64,000 nt of DNA from Neoconidiobolus thromboides FSU 785 (GCA_025603075.1 MU626291.1:1-64000); one strand, 5' to 3'. Numbered from the stretch's first letter, positions 1-12,058 are shown. Made by a program: numbers and translations. Notes: a model not told the origin generated them from the sequence alone.

Positions 1-638
1 GGAATAGTAACAGTTCCAGAGCAGCTTTTACCACCAGTACAGTATCCTGGAGTGGACATAGATGGAGTTTCTACTTGAGTAGTGGACTGAGTTCTAGTGA
101 TAGTAGAATAGCTTCCAGTGGGGTATTTACCACCATTGTGACCAGGCTTTGTTGGATATTTGCCACCATTACGTCCTGGATTGGTTGGATATTTGCCACC
201 ATTACGTCCTGGATTGGTTGGATATTTGCCACCATTACGTCCTGGATTGGTTGGATATTTGCCACCATTATGGCCGGGATAAGTAGGATACTTGTTACCA
301 TTGTGATCAGGATTAGTGGGGTATTTGCCACCATTATGTCCTGGGTTTGTTGGGTACCTTCCACCATTATGCCCTGGATAAGTAGGATACTTATTACCAT
401 TATTTCCTGGATAAGTAGGGTACTTGTTTCCTGGGTTAGTAGGATATTTATTACCATTGCTACCTGGATAAGTAGGATACTTATTACCGTTATTGCTAGG
501 ATAGTTATTATAATTACCGCCAGGATAAGAAGGATTTCTACCATAAGTATATTCTGGACGATAATAAGTAGCAGTAGTACTTTGTGGTAAAGCACCAATT
601 GCAACAAGAGCTAAAACAGAGTTTAAATCGAATTTCAT
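1..638 (-). CDS. Secreted Tyr/Lys/Gly/Pro-rich tandem-repeat protein (3' end runs off the window)
   Basis: Manual translation from ATG at 638: MKFDLNSVLALVAIGALPQSTTA (signal-peptide-like), then ~11-aa repeats GHNGGKYPTNP/GNKYPTYP, then a Thr-rich stretch and CTGGKSC. No stop before position 1, so absent from the ORF track; ORFs 71..607 and 75..590 are shadows of it. Confidence 0.85.
   Translation of the reverse strand, partial: MKFDLNSVLALVAIGALPQSTTATYYRPEYTYGRNPSYPGGNYNNYPSNNGNKYPTYPGSNGNKYPTNPGNKYPTYPGNNGNKYPTYPGHNGGRYPTNPGHNGGKYPTNPDHNGNKYPTYPGHNGGKYPTNPGRNGGKYPTNPGRNGGKYPTNPGRNGGKYPTKPGHNGGKYPTGSYSTITRTQSTTQVETPSMSTPGYCTGGKSCSGTVTI
152..272. repeat. 33-bp coding tandem repeat (about 3.5 near-perfect copies)
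   Basis: TTGGTTGGATATTTGCCACCATTACGTCCTGGA at 181-213 and 214-246 with partial copies on each side; encodes PGRNGGKYPTN on the minus strand. Confidence 0.9.
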
Positions 639-1842
639 AGTTTATTTGGTTGGAAGCACAGCTTAAAAAGTAAATTAATCAAGCAGTTAATTGATTGTAG
701 TTTTTAGGATATTGTTTGTTTGGTGGAATTACTTCTTTTTTATATACTTTGAAAGTCAATCACGAATTAAAATTTGGGTAACTCTTATCATTGTTTATTA
801 AATTAACTGGTAACATCATTGTTTTTTGTTACCACGGTTAACATAATTTAAAGTTTAATAGGGATATGCTAATATATTTAAAAAATTATAAATAGATCTT
901 ACTCTGTTTTCAATGGGGTTATTCCTTGATTTAGTCGCAATACTTTTAACATTAATGCTGTTAACTATTCTTCATTATTCTTACTGCTATTATTAATATT
1001 TAATTTGTTATTTATTAATTATTAATTATTATTTAATTTTACTATTAATGATTACTTTTACTATGAACTTTAAAAGCTAGCTTTAGCTCATATTCTAATA
1101 AAGAAAATATCTTTTAGAATTACAACTTAAACAAATAATCTTTTATCTATAAATTATAACAAATACAAAATACAGTTTTATATCATAATATAATACATTT
1201 TGTATTATACCTAAATTTATTTCACATTCCTAAACCTAAGAATTAGGCATATACAATTAATCAAGGTGGGGATCTAATAATTATTCGATTAAAAGATGAG
1301 TTAATAATTTCTATCTTTAGTAATTAAAATGAAAACTTGGTATATTGATAAAATTTTGAATTTTTCTAAAAATAAAAATTTTCAAGGGATAGTTATTCAG
1401 TTATAAGGGTCAGTGCTTTTAGTTAGTAGATGAAATCAGTCTTAATAGTTTAACGCTGCTCTTAATTTTACTTTATTGATATAATAGAATCTATTTAATA
1501 TATGTTAGGCCATTTATAAAATAACCATATAGTTACAGACAAGTAAAATATCTTAAAAGTAAATAATTGCAACGCTGTAAAATTTTTACATCAAAATAAT
1601 TTTGTATTTAGAGATAAAAAATATCTACTATTGCAACTAATGATTTGCTTGATTTTTATGTGCATGAGTCTGTAAAGTTATTTCATGAGTAACCTAATTA
1701 TCCGATTATAATTGTAGATTTATAAATAGCTCTTTTTTATTTATATGTAATTTTAATGTGTATTGTAAATCTACTATGACTTTAAATACTAATATCATTT
1801 GCAGAATAAATAACTACTTTCTGCAACAGTAATAAAACAATG

Positions 1843-1946
1843 AAATGGAGGTGTATTTTTGTTTGAGAATTTACTAACAATCTTTCTGCTTAAACAGTGC
1901 TTAAAAAATGGCAAAAGTGATGAAATCAAAAAAAACATCTTCAAAT
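1843..1946 (+). mobile_element. MITE copy (AAAT TSD both sides)
   Basis: Matches the ~98-bp consensus GGGGATGTATTTTTGTG...GAAACCAAAAAAAACATCCCC; AAAT at 1843-1846 and 1943-1946. Confidence 0.85.
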
Positions 1947-2901
1947 ACTCTTTTTATTTCATTATTCTTTCTATATTTAAGCAACCTAAAATTTTAAAAG
2001 TTTTAATCAATTTTAAATAAAGATTCCCAATAATCTCAGTACTTATGCTTAATTACAATCTTAATATTGAACTAAAATCGGAGAAATGTTGAACCTTGGG
2101 TTTAAACTACTCATCTACAGGCATATCAAGTTAGCATTTAAATTATAACACCAGCGACTATGAAGAATCGAATGTGAAAGCATTTAAAATAATATATTAT
2201 TATACTAACCATAGCTACTTCAAACAAACAAAAACATCCCAAGTTACAAAAATTTATTATGATAAAACTTTAACATTTATAAGTAAAAATAAAATATGGT
2301 AAAATACACAACATATCAAAGTCTAGACTATGGGCTCTATGAGAAAATATATAATAAAAATTTATTTAAATTAGGTTGTAATTCTTTACTGACAATAGCT
2401 TCAATATGACTAGAAAAATAAATAACTTTAAAACAAGCATAAAGGAAGGGTAGATAAAAATATTGTAATAGTAAGGCTTTTTTAGCTCGAAATGAGAATT
2501 AAAAACAAGTTTATTTGTCTTATTGCCCATATTATGAAGTGTATTATAAAGCTGTTGTAAGCCTTAAAGTTAATTAAGCATTGTATCATTGTTACTGTAC
2601 TGATTAATATAGTAATATTATAAAATTTAATTGTAAAATGTTATTTGTTTTATAGTATATGATAGATATTAAATACTAAATATTGTATATTGTATATCTT
2701 ATACAATATACAATATAGATCACAAAGTGATGCTAATTAGTGACTGTTTAAAAATATAATTGTTATTGTAATAAACAATACACCAAGTTATCTTCTAAAT
2801 CTTGGAACAATACTTATTTTAGTCAAATTAATGGCTTAATTTGTTATAATAAACACTCTTTTTAGAACATATTTTTAAAAAACATGTATAATAACAGAGA
2901 A

Positions 2902-2915
2902 GAGGCTTTATTAAA
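2902..2915 (+). promoter_or_regulatory. Conserved upstream motif GAGGCTTTATTAAA of the secreted family (gene A)
   Basis: Same motif at a similar distance (about 260-275 bp) upstream of genes B (6422-6435) and C (21002-21015, minus); TATAAATA near 3086. Confidence 0.5.
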
Positions 2916-3161
2916 CTGATACAGAAAAAAGAGAAAGCTAATAAGTACTGAAAGATAAAAAAAAATTTAGCATTAATATTGGTAAGAAACAAATGAAGTT
3001 ATATAACTGAAAGTCATAAATATTGTTTATTAGAAAATGCTGCTATCTTGTATTTTGATATGTTGGTACTCAATTTAAAAAACAGTATAAATACACATGG
3101 ATATCGAAGCTATCAATTATAAAGTCGTCAATTATTTATTCATATTTATTTGTATTAAAAA

Positions 3162-4547
3162 ATGAAATATTACACTCCATTAGTAGTCTTATTAAATGTT
3201 ATTATTGCTCAATCATTGAATGATGGAGCAGTAGGTAACAAAATGGGAGCTATAAGCCAAGCTGATGCCTTACCAAACAGTAAAGCTACTCAAAAGTTAT
3301 CAACTGATCAAGTTGTCCAAGCTTCACCAACTGATCAAGTCACTCAAACTTTACCAAGTGATACTATGGCTCAAATTAACACTTTAACTCCTACTGCTAC
3401 TCCTACTCAAACTAGTACTCCAACACTTACTCCTACTCAAAATAGCAGCATAGTACCTACTCCCACTCAAAGTAATAGTACAGCACCTATCTCGCCAATG
3501 CCCAATGAATTTGTCTCAAGAATTCAAAATGATACTGCAGCTCCTTATGTTTGTTTGCCATTAAATTCAACCAACAGTTACTGGGCCATAGATTTATTAC
3601 CTAAACCAGCACAAGAGGCTATCTCCTCTTTAATCAGCGCTGGTATTTTACAACCCTCCTATTCCCATACTTCTACTACTGCAGGTTCAACTACTACTCC
3701 AAGAGTAACTAGTACTCCAGGAGCTTCAACCACTTCAAGCGTAAGCACTAATCCAGGTGAATCTACTAATCCAGGTGCTTCTACTACAGGTGGATCTACT
3801 ACTACAAGTGCTTCTAGCACAAGCGGATCTACTAATCCAGGCGTAAGCACTACCCCAGGTGTTTCAACTACTCCAGACGAATCTACCAATTCAGGAGCTT
3901 CTACCACTCCACGTGAATCTACTACCTCAGGTGAATCTACCACAGGTGAATCTACCACAGGTGAATCTACTACCCCAGGAGCTTCAACTACTCCAGGAGC
4001 TTCAAGTACAGGTGGATCTATTACTCCAGGCGAATCTACTACTTCAGGCGTAAGCACTACCCCAGGTGCTTCTACCACAGGAGCTTCAACTACCCCAGAT
4101 GTAATCACTACCCCAGGTGCTTCAACTACTCCAGGAGCTTCAAGTACAGGTGGATCTATTACTTCAGACGAATCTACTACTTCAGGCGTAAGCACTACTC
4201 CAGGTGCTTCTACCCCAGGTGCTTCAACTACTCCAGGTGCTTCAACTACTCCAGGTGCTTCAACTACCCCAGGTGCTTCAACTACTCCAGGTGCTTCAAC
4301 TACCCCAGGTGCTTCAACTACTCCAGGTGCTTCTACTCCAGGTGAGTCTACTAATTCAGGAGTAAGCACTACTTCAGGCGCTTCTACTCCAAGCGGATCT
4401 ACTACTTCAGGTATAACTACTATTACTGATGGTACAACCACTACAGGTGCCTTAACTACTTCAAGCACCTCTACCAAACCATCCTACTATGGTTATAGCC
4501 GCCGTCCAAGACCAAGTTGGGTTCCTTGGTGGATGGACTCTAACTAA
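3162..4547 (+). CDS. Secreted Ser/Thr-rich mucin-like protein, family member A
   Basis: Intronless 461-aa ORF; signal-like MKYYTPLVVLLNVIIAQ; core PYVCLPLNSTNSYWAIDLLPKPAQEAISSLISAGILQP; STTPGA repeats; tail YYGYSRRPRPSWVPWWMDSN. Confidence 0.9.
   Translation: MKYYTPLVVLLNVIIAQSLNDGAVGNKMGAISQADALPNSKATQKLSTDQVVQASPTDQVTQTLPSDTMAQINTLTPTATPTQTSTPTLTPTQNSSIVPTPTQSNSTAPISPMPNEFVSRIQNDTAAPYVCLPLNSTNSYWAIDLLPKPAQEAISSLISAGILQPSYSHTSTTAGSTTTPRVTSTPGASTTSSVSTNPGESTNPGASTTGGSTTTSASSTSGSTNPGVSTTPGVSTTPDESTNSGASTTPRESTTSGESTTGESTTGESTTPGASTTPGASSTGGSITPGESTTSGVSTTPGASTTGASTTPDVITTPGASTTPGASSTGGSITSDESTTSGVSTTPGASTPGASTTPGASTTPGASTTPGASTTPGASTTPGASTTPGASTPGESTNSGVSTTSGASTPSGSTTSGITTITDGTTTTGALTTSSTSTKPSYYGYSRRPRPSWVPWWMDSN
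4221..4328 (+). repeat. 18-bp coding tandem repeat x6 (ASTTPG)
   Basis: GCTTCAACTAC(T/C)CCAGGT six times in a row. Confidence 0.9.
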
Positions 4548-4795
4548 AACTTTTAGTTAAGGTAACAGTATGATAAATTTAATAAAGTATATTTTTATTT
4601 CTATTTTTATTTTTTTGTTAAGCTTTTTTAGATATATTTGTAGTAGTAAAATGTATAGTTTAAACAGGACATGATAGCTATTGAATTTAGTTATTATAAT
4701 AATACTAATAGCGTCTTTTAATAAAATTGTTTTAAACATTACAAAGATAAATGTTACGATTTTATGAATTAACTTTGTTTTCGTTTGTTAAAATA

Positions 4796-4894
4796 ATATG
4801 GGGATGTATTTGTTTAGGTACTTTATTGATAGTTTTTCCACTCAAATGACCCTTAAAAAATGAAGTGATGAAACTAAAAAAAACATCCTCATAT
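4796..4894 (+). mobile_element. MITE copy (ATAT TSD, small internal deletion)
   Basis: ATAT-GGGGATGT...ACATCCTC-ATAT. Confidence 0.85.
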
Positions 4895-4918
4895 TATCTT
4901 TTTAAAAATTGTGAAATT

Positions 4919-5025
4919 ATATGGGGATGTATTTTCGTGTTTAAGAATTTTACTAAAAAATTTTCTGCCTAAATAGCGCTTAAAAAATGGAAAAAATAAT
5001 GAAGTCAAAAAAAACACTCTCATAT
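4919..5025 (+). mobile_element. MITE copy (ATAT TSD)
   Basis: ATAT-GGGGATGT...ACACTCTC-ATAT, 24 bp downstream of the previous copy. Confidence 0.9.
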
Positions 5026-5221
5026 TTCTCTTCTACTTTTCAAAAATTATCACCACTTCACAAGTATCTATTCTTGTTAGCACATTGGGTATCAAACAAA
5101 CCATTTTATTTATTATAGTTATTATAGCTGTTATCTAAATATTATTACTTTTAGATAGGATAATAGACGATTGCTATCCAATATTAAAAATCAAAATTAT
5201 TAAATCTAATAAGTAAACTAT

Positions 5222-5321
5222 ATATTACTATTTTTTTAATTTCATCACTTTTTTCGTTCCTTAAGTGCTATTTAGATGGAAAAATTGTTGGCAAATTCCT
5301 TAAAAATATATATTCCCGTAT
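5222..5321 (-). mobile_element. MITE copy (degenerate)
   Basis: Reverse-complement match to the consensus interior; ends decayed. Confidence 0.7.
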
Positions 5322-5573
5322 AATGATATAATGATATTATTGTTATACATTAATCTTTGATTCTTTAGCATATTTGGGCTTTGATAAATAAACTTCAATT
5401 TTTTGATTAAAAATTAATAGTAAAAGTATAAGGTTGTGACATTTATAAATTTTCAGTAAAAAAACACCAGTTGTCTTTGGGAAAAAATTATCTACGGTTA
5501 CAATCAGTACCTCTTCTATTTTTATTAATCAAAAAACTAGAATTATTAGTGAAATACTAATATTTTAATAAGC

Positions 5574-5676
5574 ATATGTGGATGCACTCCTGTGTCTAAG
5601 AATTTTACTGATAATTTTTCTACTCAAATAACGCTTAAAAGATGGAAAAAGCGATGAAGCCAAAACATTCCCATAT
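5574..5676 (+). mobile_element. MITE copy (ATAT TSD)
   Basis: ATAT-GTGGATGC...ACATTCCC-ATAT. Confidence 0.85.
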
Positions 5677-6421
5677 AATGTAAGTTTGGTTCATGGTAAA
5701 ATTTTAGAACGCAATTATTTGTAAAGAAAATGTATGAATGCTTTATATTAATTTTTAATTAGTTAAAAAATAACAAGAAGTAATTAAATTTTATTGATTT
5801 ATTAAAGCTTGACTAAAAGTTTTGGTGTCTTAAAGCTAAATTGGATCAAACTCTTATTGTATTTATATATACATAATTATTCTAACCCCAAAATTTTAAT
5901 TATAATCTAAGTATAATAATGTGCTAGAAATATCAGCTATTTCAAACAATTTGTTACAAGAACTAGAAAAATATATCCAACTTATTATTATTTTGTATTT
6001 TTTCATTCGTATTACAGCTGTTAAAGTACAAATGGTAGTGGCTAGTGGTATTCTTTATAACTAATAGATTATATTATAATGATTTTTAGCTTAATACTTA
6101 TACTATTATTCCAAAATGAGCAGTTATTCATTGCACATTTATATTTTGATAACCCTATAATTAAGTTTTTAAAGTTATTAAAAGCCCTAAAATGTTAGGT
6201 TTCATATTTTTGTAATTATTACATTAAACTAATGATATTAACAGTATACCAAATATGGTATATTATTTATTGTATATCACATAACAAACAATGAAATAGG
6301 CCAATTAATTGCTACTTAAAAGCATAATCATTACTATAATAAATAATAAATTAAAATAAATTATTTGAACCTTGGAACAAGACACTTGTTTTTTATTTAA
6401 AAAAATGCCAAGCAAAAGACA

Positions 6422-6435
6422 GAGGCTTTAGTAAA
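6422..6435 (+). promoter_or_regulatory. Conserved upstream motif GAGGCTTTAGTAAA (gene B)
   Basis: One mismatch to the motif upstream of A and C; TATAAATA at 6613-6620. Confidence 0.45.
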
Positions 6436-6687
6436 TGAAGCAAAAATAATCGAAGGCTCGAAACTTGCTAATAATATTAGAAAAATGGCAGAAGTTGATA
6501 AGAAACAAAATAAATTGCATTAATTAGAACTAAAAATAACCTTTGCTGGTAAGTTGTAGTTATTTTTGTATTTTATCAATAATGTATATCGATATTAACT
6601 CAAAGCAAACAATATAAATACCCGTAGGTATTGAAGTCATTATAATTTATAGTTTATAATTTATTTTGTTTATCTGTATTAAAAAAA

Positions 6688-7725
6688 ATGAAATACCACG
6701 CTCCATTACTGGCCTTACTAAATGTTGTTATTGCTCAAGCACTAAGTAATAATGCTGAAAATAGTCAAATTGAAGCTATGAATCAAGGTGATGTCCCAAT
6801 AGATACTGGAATGGATCAAAATTTACAAAACAATGAAATATCCCAAAGCTTACCAAATAACCAAAATGCTCCAATCGCTCAAAGTGCACAAACCAATAAT
6901 CATCCATCTATCACATATAAGCCCAATCCATTTAACTTTAAACCAGGAAAAAAAGAATCAGATTCTTATATCTGTTTACCATTAAATGCACGTAGCAGCT
7001 ACTGGGCATTAAAATTATTGCCTAAACCTGCTCAACAGGCTATCTCTTCTTTGATCAATGCTGGTATTTTACAAGCTACTTATCCTACCGATACTAGTAC
7101 TGTTACTGGTTACTATCCAAATACCACTTCAGATATAATTATTACTACTACTGATACTGGAGTAACATCTACCCCAGATATTTCTACTACTACTGATACT
7201 GGAGTAACTTCTACTCCTGACGTATCCACCATTACCAACACTGGAGATTCTTCAACTCCAGGAATTTCTACTTCCACTGATAATGGAGTAACATCTACCC
7301 CAGATGTTTCCACTACTACTGATAATGGAGCAACTTCTACTCCTGATGTATCCACTATTACCAACACTGGAGATTCTTCAACTCCAGGAATTTCTACTTC
7401 CACTGATAATGGAGTAACATCTACCCCAGATGTTTCAACGACCACTAATACTGGTAATTCTTCTACACCTGGGATTTCTAGTATAACTAACACCGGTGAT
7501 TCTTCCATTCCAGGAATTTCCACCACTGACACTGGAGTAACATCCACACCTGGAATTTCCACTACCACTAACACTGGAGCTTCTTCCACCCCAGGAATAA
7601 CTACGATTACTGATATTACAACAACTTCGGGAGTCACCACTAGTGTCACATACACTGGATATCCAAGACCTTCTGGATATTATGGATTCCCACCAAATTA
7701 TAACTCAAATGTAAGAAACTTTTAG
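6688..7725 (+). CDS. Secreted Ser/Thr-rich mucin-like protein, family member B
   Basis: Intronless 345-aa ORF; MKYHAPLLALLNVVIAQ; core SYICLPLNARSSYWALKLLPKPAQQAISSLINAGILQA; 14-aa Thr-rich repeats; tail GYPRPSGYYGFPPNY. Confidence 0.9.
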   Translation: MKYHAPLLALLNVVIAQALSNNAENSQIEAMNQGDVPIDTGMDQNLQNNEISQSLPNNQNAPIAQSAQTNNHPSITYKPNPFNFKPGKKESDSYICLPLNARSSYWALKLLPKPAQQAISSLINAGILQATYPTDTSTVTGYYPNTTSDIIITTTDTGVTSTPDISTTTDTGVTSTPDVSTITNTGDSSTPGISTSTDNGVTSTPDVSTTTDNGATSTPDVSTITNTGDSSTPGISTSTDNGVTSTPDVSTTTNTGNSSTPGISSITNTGDSSIPGISTTDTGVTSTPGISTTTNTGASSTPGITTITDITTTSGVTTSVTYTGYPRPSGYYGFPPNYNSNVRNF

Positions 7726-8218
7726 GTAAATCAAGAAACTATTTTTATCAATCAATAAAATTATTATATTTTTATATTTTTATTTTATTTTATTGACAAT
7801 TTTAAGCTTTGAAAATGAGATTTAATTATCTTCATTATCTAATATTGTAAGTTTATAAATTTAATAAGTATTAAAATAAACCACAATGATAATAATATTA
7901 TCTTATTTAAAAAAGTATTATTTTTTTAACAATTGAAAGATAGTAGCTTCAATCGTTATATTAATTTAAATAAAATATACAAACATCTTAGTCAACCAAA
8001 CTAAAGGATTAAACCTTTTATTAAAAATCTTCTAGTAAGATAGGGGTAAAGTCTAATAAATCTTTAATTTTATAAGGGGTAAAATAAAGAAATGAGGTGA
8101 TGTATTTTACTTTTGTTTTCTAGTAGACTAAAAATACTATTTAAAAAAGAAATAAAATATGATTATAATTGTGCTTTATTTCTTATTATTAAAACTATGT
8201 CTTTTTTAAAATTTTATT

Positions 8219-8325
8219 ATATGAGGATATATTTTTGTGTCTAAGAATTTTACTAAAAAATTTTACACCTAAATAGCGCTTAAAGGGTGGAAAAAGTGAT
8301 GAAGTCAAAAAAAACACCTCCATAT
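8219..8325 (+). mobile_element. MITE copy (first of a head-to-tail dimer)
   Basis: ATAT-GAGGATAT...ACACCTCC-ATAT; the right ATAT is shared with the next copy. Confidence 0.9.
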
Positions 8326-8427
8326 GGGGATGTATTTTTGTATTTAAGAATTTTACTGACAATTTTTCCACATAAATAGTGCTTAAAAAATGGAAAAATA
8401 ATGAAACTAAAAAAAACAGCCCCATAT
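8322..8427 (+). mobile_element. MITE copy (second of a head-to-tail dimer)
   Basis: ATAT-GGGGATGT...ACAGCCCC-ATAT. Confidence 0.9.
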
Positions 8428-9360
8428 ATTACATTTCATCATCTCAGGAGTACACGTTAATGTCATTTAAAGTAAATATAGATCAAGATATTTTCATTAT
8501 GATAGGGATTAAAATTATTATTTAAGCATTGAAGCTACTTGATAAATAAATAATTATTTTTATCAAATAAATGAAAGTAACTATTATGATATTACTATTA
8601 TATTATCACTTAAAAATAGTTAGAAGGGATCATAATAGTAACTAATTAATTAAATGAAGAAAGGATAAAATAAATTATAAAAAATTAATTCATAATAAAA
8701 GTTCATTGTTATAATATTACTTATAAAATGGTTGTTTTAAAATAGTATACAAATAAGGTGAGTTATAGAAATTGTATATTTTCTTTATTATTAAAGTAAT
8801 AGCACAATTTTTTTAAAGTTCTACTATCTTATAATTTATCCCATAAATAAATATAAGGCCACAATAATATTGGGGATAGAAAGTTCTAATTTGAACTAAA
8901 TTCAATATATATAATCTGATAATTAATAATTGGGGCATTATAATTTTATAAAAACCCTTACAATTAAATATCTTCAATCTATCCTTTCCAAGTTTTTTTT
9001 ATCGCATATTATTAGTTTATTATTGTTGTTACTATTGTTTGATATTTATTTTTAGTGGACTAAAAGCATACATAAATTGAATTTTATATTTTTTTAATAG
9101 ACACAAGTGTTAACAGAATAAATATCATGGAGAATTACTAAAAATAGAGATTTCTCTATAATTTTTCTAAACTTCAGATGCGCCATAAAGTCATTTATTC
9201 TCATTAACGGTAAATTTTCTATGTTTTTAACTTAAAATTCTTAAATCATAAGTTCAATTTATCCAATTGATTAAGATTTATTAGCAAACGCAGTAAAAGG
9301 TCACTTTCAATAGAGAATTATAAATCCTTTCTTTTTTTAACCAAATTTTTTTAGTTAACC

Positions 9361-11992
9361 ATGGGTAGTAATAGTTTCAAAGCAGAGCATAAAAACAAAA
9401 ACAAAAGAAACTCAAAGTACAAAAAAAATAATAAACGTTCCAGTCCAAAATTGAGTCCAAAGTTAGCTAATAAAAGTAATGATAGTACTAATGTGAGTGA
9501 AAAAGGATCTGATAAGGTAGAAACTAACAGTCGGAAGGAAGAAGAGGATAAAAAAGATGATGAAGATAAAGCTAGTGAGAAAACAGTAACCAAAGCTCCA
9601 GAAGAAGGAAGCGGTAATGGTGAGGGTATAAATAAAAAGGAAAGTAAAGAAGATAATGAAGTTTTAACTAAAAATGAGGAAAAAAAGCAATTAAAAAAAA
9701 AACAAGAAACTAAAGATTTAAAACAACAGGTTAAATATCAAGAAATCTTAGATAATAATAATAATAGTAATGAAGAGACTACTAGCAGTAAACGACAAGA
9801 TGGAAAGGGAAAAAGTGAAACTGAAGTTAAAAAAGATGGTAATAATAAAAAAGAAGAATTAGCTAGTACTAATTCAATTATTGCTAAATCAACTTCATCT
9901 CAAAGCAATATCAATAATAATAAAGATCAAGTTGTTACAGATAGAACACCATTATTAAATAATACCAATAGTAATAGTAATACTGGTTATACTAACTCAA
10001 TTCAAGAAACTAGAATTGATATTCCAAATAATCATAATAACAATGGCAATACAACTAATGAAAATCTTCAAGGTAAATCAATATAATAAATAATATAATA
10101 AAGTGTTTAATATTTATTTATCTTTTAGTACCAAATAATAATTATACCAAATGGATTATAATTATAGGATTATTAATTTTAGGCAATATTATTGGTGTTT
10201 ATTTATTATTTTTACAACCTACTTTAAGTTTAGGAGAAAAGATGATGGAACAAATTAATTACGAAAGAATTTTAAAGGACCAAAAAACATTAAATGAACA
10301 AAATCAAAGTAAAGAATATATTTTAAAAGAAAGTAAAGAATTTAAAAATGTATTGTCAATTCAACAAAAATTTCAATTTCCATATTGGAAATCAAATCAA
10401 CCATCCGAAGTTTATTTAAAATTAAATGATAAAAATTTACCTTTTGTTGAAAATAAAGATTTTCAAGGTTAGCTTTTATTATAATTAAATATATATAATT
10501 CTCTTTTCTTACTATGTTAAATAAATAGTATAAATATAAATAAAAATATATATTATATCTATATGTTATCAATATTATAAATAAATAAGTATAAAAATAT
10601 ATAGATATAAATATATTATTATTCAATTTTTATTTTTAGTTATTCTTTTACTTATTATATTATATTATATTATATTATATTATATTTATTTTTATATTAT
10701 TATAGTTATTCCGTACAGTGGTAATTTTAAAGCGTATAATAAAAAGGTAGTAATGGGCAAAATAAGTACCACATGCTCTTTATATAATTTTGAATTTTAT
10801 GATCAAATTATAATGGTACCTTATGAACCTGAAATATGTCCTCATTTATTTATACCAAGTTATAGTGGACAAGAAGTAAGTATTTCTATTATAATATATA
10901 TATATTAATAATTTTAATTTAATATAAAACCTTTATTGTAGGCCGGTGCTTCAGCAATAATTTATTATTTAAATGAAACTCAATCTTTTCCTAATTTATA
11001 TCCATATCAACCTCATTTATTATCTTCTCATTGGAATTCAACTATTGATAATGAAGCTTTAAAAATACCAGTATTATTTGTTACATCAACTATGGCTAAA
11101 TTATTAAAATATTATTCTTTAACTAATAGTAATAAGAATAAGGATAAGAAAGATAAAGATAAAGATAAAGAAGATATTAGTTTATTATCTATTATTACAC
11201 ATTCAAAATATAAATTAAAACAATCTGAAAATTTATTATTTCAAGTTAATAACAAGGAAAATGAAAATAGTCAGTTAGAATTGATTATTGCCACAGATTG
11301 GGGTAAATTTTATTAATTTGTTTTATAAGAAATTAAGTTTTTATATTTTTAAATAGATAATTTCAATAGCAAGGATGATAATAGTAATCAACCAAGTAGT
11401 AATATAATTTTATTAGAGTTATTACGTATTATTGATAAATTAAAATTAAAATTAAAATATAAATTACAATTTCATTATTATTCCAAGAATTTTGAAATGG
11501 GTTTGGGTATTAAACAATTTCTAAAAAATAACCCACATAATGAACAACAATATTATTTATATTTAAAAAATATACAAAACTTTAATTTACAGTTATTAAA
11601 TACTGAAGAATTACCATCAAATATTCAACAACAATCTGAATATTTAAAGAATTTATTAAAATTAAGTTTATCAGTGATTAATAATTCAACTAATTTTAAT
11701 CATCCTGTAATAATTGATAATCAACAATTACAATTAAATAATTCCATTTTAGATCCATTATTAGATATTATTCAAAATAATATACCATTACAAATATTAT
11801 TTAGTAAAAATAAATCAACTAATAATAATAATAATAATGATAATAATAATAATAATATAGATCTAAATCAAAGAATTATCAATGTAAGTTAATTATTTAT
11901 TATTTATATACTATTTTAATTTTATTAATTTTATTAATTTTATTTAGATATTACAATTATTAATTACTTTATTATTATTATTAAATGAGTAA
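9361..11992 (+). CDS. Type II membrane protein with PA domain and degenerate M28-peptidase-like domain (multi-exon)
   Basis: Charged N-terminal tail, intron 10073-10128, TM segment WIIIIGLLILGNIIGVYLLFL, PA-like AGASAIIYY...KIPVLFVTSTMAKLL, M28-like LIIATDW|DNF...ILLELLRII...LQFHYYSKNFEMGLGIKQFL; stop at 11990-11992 after intron 11884-11947. Confidence 0.6.
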
Positions 11993-12058
11993 AAGATAAT
12001 AAAACAAGAGTAAAACATTAAATTAATTTTATTATTTAATTTTATTTATTTATAATAT

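Noticed and set aside
71-607. ORF-track ORFs 71..607 (-) and 75..590 (+)
   Set aside because: Alternate-frame and antisense shadows of the repeat gene starting at 638, which has a signal-like N-terminus and coherent composition.
4796-8427. Clustered ~100-bp repeats as a CRISPR-like array or SINE/tRNA-derived repeat
   Set aside because: Spacing is irregular, both orientations occur, TIRs and TSDs are present, and no Pol III A/B boxes or poly-A tail are visible.
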